Assembly: GCF_018336915.1 (NCBI RefSeq)
Contig: NZ_CP064923.1
Location: 4,290,001-4,322,000, forward strand
Origin: Acaryochloris marina S15
GTDB taxonomy: Bacteria; Cyanobacteriota; Cyanobacteriia; Thermosynechococcales; Thermosynechococcaceae
Direction: 5' to 3'
Length of the DNA stretch: 32,000 nucleotides
In this document: positions 15,986 through 24,285 of the stretch, piece after piece
Numbering within the stretch: position 1 is the first letter of the stretch
Layout: the number at the start of each line of letters is the position of its first letter
The notes under the pieces: model-generated
The model's database searches: none
What the model was told of the DNA's origin: nothing
Seen by the model: the letters and a program-made list of their open reading frames with translations, nothing else
Translations under genes and position numbers: made by a program

Positions 15986-16090
15986 GATCGTGAGGCCTAA
16001 GATAGGCCAAAAGATTGATAACGTTAGCTTTCATCTTTTGGTAAGCGTATAGGATGGGCTAGAGTTTCATTGGTATGATCCTTCCCTTCA

Positions 16091-16975
16091 CTAGCGCTCC
16101 CAAGGCGGAACAGGCTGGAACCGTTCTAGTAGAAAATCAATCATGGCATAAACCTTTGGAGCAATAATCCGACGACTCGGATACAGCAGCCAAATCGAGA
16201 CATCTACCATCAGTGGAAATTCTGGCAGTACCTCAACCAGCAGCCCAGATTTCAAACTTTCACTGGCATTCCAGACAGACTTAATGCCTATTCCCAGCCC
16301 CTGCTCCAGCATTTTACGCAGGGCCTCACCGTCGTTAACCACAAATGAGTGGGGAACGCTAATGGCCTGTCCGTTTTTAAACTTCCACTTCGTCACTTCG
16401 GCCAAGCTGACACATTGATGCGCTGCAAGATCATCAGGCGTTGAAGGCGTCCCATACTCCTCAAGATAGGTGGGAGAAGCGACCAGAATCCGCCGATCAG
16501 CAGCTAACTTTCGCAAAATCAGACTGCTATCGGCCAAGGGGGCATTGCGGATAATCAGATCATAGGCCCCTTCCACCACATCCAACACCTCATCCGATAG
16601 TCGTAAATCAAGGCTGACCAACGGATGGCGGGCATGGAATTCAGCCAAAGCTGGAATGATATACATCCGGCCAAAGGAACCAGGCATGGTAATTCGCAGT
16701 ACCCCTTCCGCCTCTGACCCCTGCCCCTTGACAGCACTTAGCCCCGTTTCTAGGGTTTCAATCATCTGCTGGGCATAGGGCAAAAATGCCTCACCATCAG
16801 TGGTCAAAGAGACAGCTCGGGTGGTTCGGTTGAACAGACGAAAGCCGACTATTTCTTCAAGTTTCACCAGACGGGCACTGGCACTGGCAGGAGATAGGGA
16901 GAGGTCCTGCGCCGCCGCCGAGACCCCACCCCGGGCGGCAATCCTCAAAAACAAACGGAGGGATAAAATATCCAT
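16091..16975 (-). CDS. LysR-family transcriptional regulator
   Basis: N-terminal wHTH LRLFLRIAARGGVSAAAQDLSLSPASASARLVKLEEIVGFRLFNRTTRAVSLTDG. Length is typical for a LysR substrate-binding domain. It is divergent from the operon starting at 17080. Confidence 0.9.
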   Translation of the reverse strand: MDILSLRLFLRIAARGGVSAAAQDLSLSPASASARLVKLEEIVGFRLFNRTTRAVSLTTDGEAFLPYAQQMIETLETGLSAVKGQGSEAEGVLRITMPGSFGRMYIIPALAEFHARHPLVSLDLRLSDEVLDVVEGAYDLIIRNAPLADSSLILRKLAADRRILVASPTYLEEYGTPSTPDDLAAHQCVSLAEVTKWKFKNGQAISVPHSFVVNDGEALRKMLEQGLGIGIKSVWNASESLKSGLLVEVLPEFPLMVDVSIWLLYPSRRIIAPKVYAMIDFLLERFQPVPPWER

Positions 16976-17052
16976 TTATCAAAAATATCCGAATTATTAT
17001 TTCGCTAAAAGCCTGTTTATCTTTCTAATCTAAATAATTATCATGCGGATAA
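16962..17052. promoter_or_regulatory. Divergent promoter region with two GATAA/TTATC dyads (candidate LysR sites)
   Basis: GATAAA-N7-TTTATC lies at 16962..16980 and overlaps the LysR start codon. TTATC-N5-GATAA lies at 17038..17052, about 30 bp upstream of ATG 17080. A strong SD (aaggagg) sits at 17069..17075. Confidence 0.35.
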
Positions 17053-17079
17053 CGGTCAAATGACTCAAAAGGAGGCGAA

Positions 17080-18084
17080 ATGATGAAAGCCATTGGGTAT
17101 CAGGATGCAGGGCCAGCAGCAGATGTCCTGATCGAATTTGAAACAGAAAAACCCCAACCGGGTCCAAAAGACTTACTCGTGGAGGTCCGGGGGGTTTCTG
17201 TGAATCCCGTTGATGTCAAACTAAGGGCCAGTGCTCAACCCGATGGCGAGCCCCGCATTCTAGGGTTTGATGCCGCTGGGGTCGTGCAAGAAGTGGGCTC
17301 AGCCGTGACCCAGTTTCGCCCTGGTGACGAAGTGTTCTATGCAGGAGACATTACTCGCCCAGGAACCAATGCCCCATTTCATGTAGTCGATGAACGGATT
17401 GTGGGTCGCAAACCCTCATCCCTTGGGTTTACAGAAGCTGCTGGCATCCCCCTGACCAGTATTACCGCCTGGGAAATGCTCTTTGATAGCTTTGGACTCA
17501 AAGAAGGTGAAGGCACAGGGGAATCGCTGCTCGTGATCGGCGGTGCAGGGGGTGTGGGTTCGATTCTGATTCAGCTCGCAAAGAAACTCACAGGGCTGAC
17601 CGTCATTGCCACGGCCTCCCGGGAGGATACCCATGCTTGGGTCAAGAAAATGGGAGCAGATTACGTGGTCAATCACCGTAACCCCCTAGACGAAGAGCTG
17701 AAGTTTCTGGGCATTAACCCTCGCTATGTGGCAGCCCTAACCCACACGGATAAGCATTTTGCCGCTATCCGGAAACTGATTAAACCACGGGGGCATATGG
17801 CTCTGATTGATGATCCGGACACTCTGGATGTGATGTCTCTGAAAACCAAAGCGATTTCTTTGAGCTGGGAATTTATGTTCACCCGGTCCATGTTCCAAAC
17901 CGAGGATATGGACGTCCAGCATCAATTGCTACAGCGAGTCTCAGAGTTGCTAGATAATGGCACGCTGATCTCGACGGTCAATCACCATGGTGGCCGTCTC
18001 AATATTGAAAATCTGCGGGCTGCCCATGAATTCCAAGAAAGCGGTAAGGCCATTGGCAAAACTGTATTAGACGGTATTCATTAA
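17080..18084 (+). CDS. Zinc-type alcohol dehydrogenase / quinone oxidoreductase family (MDR superfamily)
   Basis: [28 protein letters not shown] and [15 protein letters not shown] nucleotide-binding motifs. Confidence 0.85.
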   Translation: MMKAIGYQDAGPAADVLIEFETEKPQPGPKDLLVEVRGVSVNPVDVKLRASAQPDGEPRILGFDAAGVVQEVGSAVTQFRPGDEVFYAGDITRPGTNAPFHVVDERIVGRKPSSLGFTEAAGIPLTSITAWEMLFDSFGLKEGEGTGESLLVIGGAGGVGSILIQLAKKLTGLTVIATASREDTHAWVKKMGADYVVNHRNPLDEELKFLGINPRYVAALTHTDKHFAAIRKLIKPRGHMALIDDPDTLDVMSLKTKAISLSWEFMFTRSMFQTEDMDVQHQLLQRVSELLDNGTLISTVNHHGGRLNIENLRAAHEFQESGKAIGKTVLDGIH

Positions 18085-18105
18085 CCACACCATTGGAGAG
18101 ATGCA

Positions 18106-18951
18106 ATGAACTACGACACTTTCACTACTTTCAACGTTGAGATCGAAAACGCCATCGCTTGGGTCACCTTCGACTATCCACCCGTCAATATTCAGGGCCT
18201 GCCGATGCTGGCCGATCTCAGTATGCTAGCCCAAAAGCTGGAAACGGATCGCATCATCAAAGTCGTGGTGTTTCAATCTGCCCATCCCGAAATTTTTGTG
18301 GCCCATGCCGACACGAATTTCCTTAAAGACATGTCTGGGACCGCAATCCCTCGCGACGAAGTCAAACTCCTCGATTTGCAGGTGGTTCTAGAGCGGATTA
18401 GCAAGCTGCCCCAGGCCACCATTGCCAAGATAGAAGGCTTTGCCCGCGGTGGCGGTCACGAATTTGCCCTGGCCTGCGATATGCGGTTTGCCGCCCGAGG
18501 CAAAGCCAAGTTTATGCAGATGGAAGTCGCCATGGGCATCCTTCCCTGTGGCGGTGGCGCCTCCCGGATGGCGCGTCAGATCGGTCTAGGGCGAGCCCTG
18601 GAAATTATTTTAGGTGCAAAAGACTTTGATGCCGACCAGGCCGAAGCCTATGGCACCATCAACAAAGCCCTTGACCCCGACGAGATTGGCCCGTTTGTGG
18701 AAGCCTTGGCCAACCGGATCGCCCTCTGGCCCGCTGAATCGATCAACGCCTGCAAACAAACCGTCTACGCCTCCATCGACAAACCCATTGACAAAGCTCT
18801 GCAGGAAGAAGCCTATTGGCTCTATCAGGCCACTAGTCAGACCCCGGCCTTAAAGCGCTTTACCTGGGCAGATGAGAACGGAGCCCAGTTCGACATGAAC
18901 AACCAACGCGGTTGGCAAGAAATGGTCGTTAGTGTGCAGGAGATCCAATAA
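18106..18951 (+). CDS. Enoyl-CoA hydratase/isomerase (crotonase) family protein
   Basis: The layout is characteristic of crotonases: NAIAWVTFDYPPVN, VVVFQSA..IFVAHAD, ATIAKIEGFARGGGHEFALACDMRFA. Confidence 0.85.
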   Translation: MNYDTFTTFNVEIENAIAWVTFDYPPVNIQGLPMLADLSMLAQKLETDRIIKVVVFQSAHPEIFVAHADTNFLKDMSGTAIPRDEVKLLDLQVVLERISKLPQATIAKIEGFARGGGHEFALACDMRFAARGKAKFMQMEVAMGILPCGGGASRMARQIGLGRALEIILGAKDFDADQAEAYGTINKALDPDEIGPFVEALANRIALWPAESINACKQTVYASIDKPIDKALQEEAYWLYQATSQTPALKRFTWADENGAQFDMNNQRGWQEMVVSVQEIQ

Positions 18952-19946
18952 TGAACAGGGAATGCAATACCCTCAAGCCTGTGGAAGATATCGGGTTTCA
19001 GCCGATTAATCGGGGATACAACTCTGTGTTTCGTCCAAACCGATTAAGCCTTGGCTTAGTAGTGCCGATCGAGACTTACCCAACAGGGCCAGTCCCCACC
19101 CTGAAACGTCACCTTGAACGAGTCCAGCTAGCCGAAGAATTGGGCTTTTCGTCCGTTTGGTTACGGGATGTGCCCTTCAACGTGCCCTCCTTTGGGGATG
19201 CAGGGCAGACCTACGATCCCTTTGTTTATTTGGGACTGTTAGCAGGCCAAACTCAGCGAATCGCTCTCGGAGTTGCCAGCATTATTTTACCCATGCGACA
19301 TCCAGCCCATGTGGCCAAGGCCGCCGCTACCGCTGATGTCCTGTCAGGAGGACGGCTAATTCTGGGGGTGGCTTCGGGGGACCGACCAGAGGAGTATCCA
19401 GCGCTCAACCTCTCCTTTGAAGAACGTGGGTCTGCGTTTCGGGAGAGTTTTGACTACATCCGGCAGATGGGTGAGAATTCACCCACCTTTGAAAATGCGT
19501 TTGGCAGCCCGAATAGTGGGATGGATATGTTGCCTAAACCGACCTCGGTCAAACTGCCCCTACTGATTACGGGAGGCAGTCAACAAGCCCCCGAGTGGAT
19601 TGCGCGGAACGGGGACGGCTGGATGACTTATCCACGGGATACGGTTATGCAAGCACGGGTCATTCGCGATTGGCGGGCACGGGTTGAAGCATTAGACGGT
19701 ACTGACAAACCAATCATGCAGCCGCTGTATTTAGATCTAACCGAAGCCCCCGACACCCGGCCACAACCGATCCATCTGGGATTCCGGTTAGGAGTGAACT
19801 CCCTGCGGGCCTATCTCAAATCCCTAGAACAAATCGGCATGAACCATGTAGCACTGAACTTGCGATTTAACCACGCGGATATTGAAACAACCTTAAAACG
19901 TTTGGCCGAGGATATCTTGCCAGAATTTACGGTCTGCAATGATTGA
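18951..19946 (+). CDS. LLM-class (luciferase-like) flavin-dependent oxidoreductase
   Basis: LSLGLVVPIE, LAEELGFSSVWLRDVPF..FGDAGQTYDP and LGVASGDRPEEYPA resemble the luciferase-type oxidoreductase subfamily. The start overlaps the upstream stop (TAATG). Confidence 0.85.
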   Translation: MNRECNTLKPVEDIGFQPINRGYNSVFRPNRLSLGLVVPIETYPTGPVPTLKRHLERVQLAEELGFSSVWLRDVPFNVPSFGDAGQTYDPFVYLGLLAGQTQRIALGVASIILPMRHPAHVAKAAATADVLSGGRLILGVASGDRPEEYPALNLSFEERGSAFRESFDYIRQMGENSPTFENAFGSPNSGMDMLPKPTSVKLPLLITGGSQQAPEWIARNGDGWMTYPRDTVMQARVIRDWRARVEALDGTDKPIMQPLYLDLTEAPDTRPQPIHLGFRLGVNSLRAYLKSLEQIGMNHVALNLRFNHADIETTLKRLAEDILPEFTVCND

Positions 19947-19959
19947 GGAAGCTAGAACC

Positions 19960-20760
19960 ATGACAAAAACGATTCTGATTACAGGTTCCACCGATGGCAT
20001 TGGCTTAGAAACAGCCAAGATGCTGGTCTCAGAAGGTCATAGAGTGCTGTTGCATGGGCGCAATCCCACCAAGCTGGAGGCAGCCGCAAAATCCCTCTCT
20101 ACTCTGCCGGGCAGTGTCGAAAACTATGTTTCCGATTTGTCTCGGATGACTGATGTGGTGTCACTGGCAAAGGCTGTCGCTGAAAACCACTCTACGTTGG
20201 ATGTCCTGATCAACAACGCAGGGGTCTACAAAACACCTAATACGATCACTCAGGATGGGCTTGATGTTCGCTTTGCTGTAAATACACTCGCCCCTTATCT
20301 ACTAACCCAGGAACTCCGACCATTGATGTCTACCTCTGGACGGCTCATCAATGTATCCTCCGCCGCTCAGTCCCCCGTTAATCTAGAGGCCTTGGCTGGA
20401 CGGGTCCAGTTCACCGAAGACTTCACGGCTTATGCCCAAAGCAAGCTGGCACTGACCATGTGGTCCCGTAGTTTGGCCCTTTCACCTCAGGGTGATGGCC
20501 TGACCATTATCGCGGTGAATCCGGGTTCGATGCTGGGCAGCAAGATGGTGAAAGAGGGCTTTGGAGTCGCAGGGGGCGATCTTCGGATTGGCGCGGACAT
20601 ATTGACTCGTGCAGCCCTGACCGATGAGTTTTCTGCTGCCTCTGGCCAGTATTTTGACAACGATAAAGGTCAGTTTGCTTCGCCCCATGCCGATGCTCTT
20701 GATCCACAGAAATGTCAGAAGGTTGTAAATGCGATTGAAACCTTGTTAGCAGACATATAG
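19960..20760 (+). CDS. Short-chain dehydrogenase/reductase (SDR)
   Basis: ILITGSTDGIGLETAK (TGxxxGxG), NNAG and YAQSK (YxxxK) motifs. The tracked ORF begins at 19939. I prefer ATG 19960, which is preceded by gaggaa. Confidence 0.85.
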   Translation: MTKTILITGSTDGIGLETAKMLVSEGHRVLLHGRNPTKLEAAAKSLSTLPGSVENYVSDLSRMTDVVSLAKAVAENHSTLDVLINNAGVYKTPNTITQDGLDVRFAVNTLAPYLLTQELRPLMSTSGRLINVSSAAQSPVNLEALAGRVQFTEDFTAYAQSKLALTMWSRSLALSPQGDGLTIIAVNPGSMLGSKMVKEGFGVAGGDLRIGADILTRAALTDEFSAASGQYFDNDKGQFASPHADALDPQKCQKVVNAIETLLADI

Positions 20761-20878
20761 GCCAACTCTACTGAATAGAAAGACTCTATTAAAAACAAGG
20801 TCTTGTGCAGCCCTTAACCTAGATGGAACTATTCCCTCCGGGTAAACCACCTGAAAATCAGAATGCAGATTGATTCCC

Positions 20879-20915
20879 CAAAAGCCTCCCCTCTCAAATT
20901 TTGGCAGGGGAGGCT
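20879..20915 (-). terminator. Rho-independent terminator candidate between convergent genes
   Basis: Perfect 10-bp stem agcctcccct (20883..20892) with aggggaggct (20906..20915) and a 13-nt loop. On the minus strand it is followed by cttttgggg and starts 9 nt after the stop of the BON gene. Confidence 0.5.
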
Positions 20916-20923
20916 ACTACTTG

Positions 20924-21601
20924 TTATTCAGATTCAGACAGCACAAGCACCTCAGTGGCCTCGACTTTTTTAGCACCTTTGGTATTTTTGACCAGTTCAA
21001 TTACTTTGTCTAAAGCATCCTGATCGGGAACCTCACCACTTAGGAATACTGTGTCTCCCTTTTGTTGAATATCCAACGTTGCCACCAAGGGCTTCAGATC
21101 TGGATCAGCAACCATTCCTAAAATCACCCGCTTAGCGAGGCCTTGGTGATCGTATTTACCTTCTGGTCCGCGATGTTCAGGTGCGATGTAGGATCGCCGG
21201 CTGGGAAAGGTCGAGTGATGTAGGTACAGTCTCCGGGAGAATGGATGGTAGTAGGGTGAATAGTGACGATAGCGCCTACGAAAGGGGTAGTGTCGAAATT
21301 GTCGTCCAAACCGGCGACGATGGTGAAAGGTTCGACGGCGGTGGAAAGGCCGATGGCGAACTCGTCCAGGGAAACGTCGAACCTTACGATGCCGAAAATT
21401 TCGATTGGGAAATCGTCTAAAACGGCGCTGATGCAATCGGCGCCGGTTCTTAAAACCACCACGCCGGAAACCTTTGCGTTTGCCTGCTAATAAAGCGGTT
21501 TCATCCGCTTGAGACTGCACAAGGTCTTCTGCTTTAACAGCTGCCACATCTACAGTGAAGGTAGCTAGCAAGAATGCCATGACTAGAGTTGGGTACTTCA
21601 T
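20924..21601 (-). CDS. Secreted BON-domain protein with an extremely Arg/His/Phe-rich central region
   Basis: Signal-peptide-like MKYPTLVMAFLLATFTVDVAAVKA. A low-complexity region of about 106 aa follows. The C-terminal LAKRVILGMVADPDLKPLVATLDIQQKGDTVFLSGEVPDQDALDKVIELVKNTKGAKKV fits the BON pattern. Confidence 0.7.
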   Translation of the reverse strand: MKYPTLVMAFLLATFTVDVAAVKAEDLVQSQADETALLAGKRKGFRRGGFKNRRRLHQRRFRRFPNRNFRHRKVRRFPGRVRHRPFHRRRTFHHRRRFGRQFRHYPFRRRYRHYSPYYHPFSRRLYLHHSTFPSRRSYIAPEHRGPEGKYDHQGLAKRVILGMVADPDLKPLVATLDIQQKGDTVFLSGEVPDQDALDKVIELVKNTKGAKKVEATEVLVLSESE

Positions 21602-21912
21602 GCGGTTATCTCCGTTTAAGTACAGCCGTGGGGGACCGCATCAATCATTCCCCCGTACATTACCCCATGACTGATTACTGAACATCATGTTTGGCTAAGT
21701 CTATTAGCCGTTGGTAATGAACTTCACCCAAGCTCAGTACCTACAGAGTACCGCAAAAATCTGAGAGTCGTCTGAGCAGACCTTCAATTTGTCATTTTGC
21801 AGTGTGAATCGGTAAAGATTTTACGTCAAATAAGCAATCTATTTCTATGGGTGGGAAATAATAGCTAAATATCGAATGGCCTGATGCCGTTGAATCGCCC
21901 TACTCCCTTGTT

Positions 21913-22305
21913 ATGAGATTTAATACCTATTACTGTGCCTGGTCGATCATTCTATTTTTGATAGAGCTGTATATCGCACTCCATATTGATGACAACTTTA
22001 TTCGCCCGTATATCGGTGACCTCTTAGTCGTTATTTTGATTTACGCAATCGTTAGAGCATTCTTTAAAGTTTCAATTATGACCGCTGCTATCGGTGTTCT
22101 CATATTCTCATTTGCAGTTGAAGTTCTGCAGTCCTTTAAAATCGTAGAAATTCTAGGATTAGGAGCATCGCAATTGGCAAGGACCATCATTGGCACCACC
22201 TTTAGCTGGGAAGATTTAGTGGCCTATAGCATAGGGATTATTATTCTGCTCTGCTTTGAGAAAGCTATAGGCCCCTACAAAAGAGAGTGGTATTCCATTC
22301 AATAA
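21913..22305 (+). CDS. Small integral membrane protein (DUF2809-like)
   Basis: Four predicted hydrophobic helices. The motif FIRPYIGDLLVVILIYAIV recalls DUF2809. The family assignment is tentative. Confidence 0.45.
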   Translation: MRFNTYYCAWSIILFLIELYIALHIDDNFIRPYIGDLLVVILIYAIVRAFFKVSIMTAAIGVLIFSFAVEVLQSFKIVEILGLGASQLARTIIGTTFSWEDLVAYSIGIIILLCFEKAIGPYKREWYSIQ

Positions 22306-22518
22306 TCAGACCCAACCTTTTTTGCAGCTAAACAGCGTTGTACTGATATGTCTATCACGCCTAACACAGATTCAACGGCTAACAATCGATGTTCTGTCAT
22401 TGCGGCTAAGGAAATTAATGGTGAGGAGGAGATTATCTGTTTCAATAAGTACTGCATATTTGTTTACTGCAAAAAGCCAAATATCTTCTGGTAGGTTAAA
22501 GATGCTGTTGGAGGTGCC

Positions 22519-23085
22519 ATGCATAACCGTCGACAATGGATAGTTCCCGCCCTGGTCTTATTCATGGGAGGTTGTGCCACAGACGCTAAATTTGACGATG
22601 TTTATACCCAAATAACACCCCCACAACTACAAACGGGGCAACCCATTCCTTTGCCAAAAAATGAGCCCATCCTTAAGGTCACAGGTCGATTGGGAACCAC
22701 CAATCAAGACGATCACATCATCATGGACCGGCAAACCATCGAATCCCTCGGGTTAGTCGAATATTCCGTATTAGATTTATTTGAACAGCAAGATCGGGTA
22801 TTTCAAGGCGTTTTGATGCGAGACTTGCTCGATCTCTGGCAGGTTGATCCCAAAGCAAGAGCCATACATCTTAAAGCACTTAACGATTACAACATCCAGG
22901 TTCCCATCGTTTGGCTCCAGCAATATCCTGTTATTTTTGCCCTACAACAAGATGGTGAACATATGCAGTCTGATTACAGAGGACCCGCAATGCTGGTATT
23001 TCCGTATCAACAATTCCCCTCCGTATCAGAATTGGCAGAAAAATCCTACTGGATCTGGCAAATCGCAGAAATTAATGTGCAGTAA
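22519..23085 (+). CDS. Lipoprotein with an oxidoreductase-molybdopterin-binding-like (YedY/MsrP-fold-like) domain
   Basis: Lipobox LFMGGC. LKVTGRL, a VFQGVLMRDLL segment, LKALNDYNIQVP, and PVIFALQQDGEHM..YRGPAMLVFP resemble that fold family. The stop overlaps the start of the GGDEF gene. Confidence 0.5.
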   Translation: MHNRRQWIVPALVLFMGGCATDAKFDDVYTQITPPQLQTGQPIPLPKNEPILKVTGRLGTTNQDDHIIMDRQTIESLGLVEYSVLDLFEQQDRVFQGVLMRDLLDLWQVDPKARAIHLKALNDYNIQVPIVWLQQYPVIFALQQDGEHMQSDYRGPAMLVFPYQQFPSVSELAEKSYWIWQIAEINVQ

Positions 23086-24266
23086 TGACAGTGCATCATC
23101 ATTCCGGCGTGCCAGCTCGACAGCCCTGGGCAACACGGGGGCAGCTCATATTTTTCCCCAGCATTATGCTTCTCCTACTGATCGGGATTTTAGTAGGTGG
23201 ACAATCTTTACGACAACAGATTCAGACTCAAGACAAGTCTTTAGAACTTAACTTAGTGAGGGGAGTGCATGACTTCAACCAACTTCAGCGGGAAGTCAAT
23301 CGTCTCCGACTGCAGCTCGTGCATAGCCATTCCACCAATACCAAAGACTTCACTCTGCAACTCAAGATTACTCAAAGCCGATTTACGATTATTCAGCGGC
23401 ACTTTCTATCGCGTAGCTTAGATACCCAAGTTTCCACCATTAAAGATCATTTAGTCCGATCATGGTTGTCCTTAAAACCTGATCTCAAACAATGGCAACA
23501 AGAACCCACTAACACCAAGGTCCAAAGTAGAATTATTGACCAGCTGGAAAAACTAGAACTCGATATCAACCAAGTTTCCCTTCTCAATCAACGTCAACAA
23601 TGGCAGGAATATCAAAGTCGAATTCAACGTCATTCCCATTCGTTACAGCTACTGAGTATCATCACCATTTTGTTTTGTGGGTTTACCCTGTTAGTCGGCT
23701 ATTCGTTGGTGCAATTTATGCGTACCCGCCAGCATTTACTAGAAACAGTAGAACAGCTCGCCACCATTGATGATGTCACCCAAATTGCCAATCGACGACA
23801 CTTTAATGCCGTTTTTATCCAAGAGTGGGAAAGAATGCTTCGCGAGCAATCTTGCTTATCTTTACTCCTATGTGATGTTGATTGTTTCAAGGCCTACAAC
23901 GATCATTATGGTCATCAAGCAGGGGATAGTTGCTTATTTCAAATTGCCCAAACCATTCATAGCTGTATGCGCAGACCCAGTGATTTTGCTGCTCGATATG
24001 GAGGCGAGGAATTTGTGATTATTCTGCCCCATACCCAGCTTTCTGGGGCTCAAGCTCAAGCGAGTGTTATTCAAGAGAACCTTCAAAAGCTAGCCTTGGC
24101 CCATACTGAGTCCATCATTAGTGACTATGTCACTATCAGTATTGGTATTGCCAGTGGGATTCCACAACTAGAACTGGATTCCCACCAGATCATTGAACAG
24201 GCAGATAAAGCACTTTACCAAGCTAAAGCTCAGGGCCGTAATCGTTCCTGCTCCAGCGAATTCTAA
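23085..24266 (+). CDS. Diguanylate cyclase (GGDEF) with a two-TM periplasmic sensor region
   Basis: TM segments LIFFPSIMLLLLIGILVGG and LLSIITILFCGFTLLVGYSLVQF. RRHFN, LLLCDVDCFKAYNDHYGHQAGD and RYGGEEFVIILP (GGEEF) motifs. Confidence 0.9.
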   Translation: MTVHHHSGVPARQPWATRGQLIFFPSIMLLLLIGILVGGQSLRQQIQTQDKSLELNLVRGVHDFNQLQREVNRLRLQLVHSHSTNTKDFTLQLKITQSRFTIIQRHFLSRSLDTQVSTIKDHLVRSWLSLKPDLKQWQQEPTNTKVQSRIIDQLEKLELDINQVSLLNQRQQWQEYQSRIQRHSHSLQLLSIITILFCGFTLLVGYSLVQFMRTRQHLLETVEQLATIDDVTQIANRRHFNAVFIQEWERMLREQSCLSLLLCDVDCFKAYNDHYGHQAGDSCLFQIAQTIHSCMRRPSDFAARYGGEEFVIILPHTQLSGAQAQASVIQENLQKLALAHTESIISDYVTISIGIASGIPQLELDSHQIIEQADKALYQAKAQGRNRSCSSEF

Positions 24267-24285
24267 AGGCCCTATCTGTTGTCCC

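Noticed and set aside
6288-16090. Search for toxin genes, integrase or recombinase genes and tRNA attachment sites at the island borders
   Set aside because: I found no tRNA-like sequence, no tyrosine or serine recombinase ORF and no toxin-domain ORF. The only mobility gene is the IS4 transposase, so the island cannot be called an integrative element or an integron on present evidence.
6458-17052. CGGATAA heptamer shared by the tandem repeat (6458, 6536), the devA-proximal spacer (7955) and the LysR operator region (17046), as a hint that the LysR protein binds the island border
   Set aside because: A 7-mer is expected about four times per window on two strands. That is too weak to link the loci without a binding experiment.
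21124-21490. Three overlapping ORFs on both strands inside the Arg-rich part of the BON gene
   Set aside because: The CGN/AGR-rich codon bias keeps several frames open. Only the 225-aa frame has a signal peptide and a BON domain.
22322-22543. 73-aa + ORF upstream of the lipoprotein gene
   Set aside because: It starts with TTG, has no motifs and runs into the lipoprotein start. It is probably a non-coding leader.
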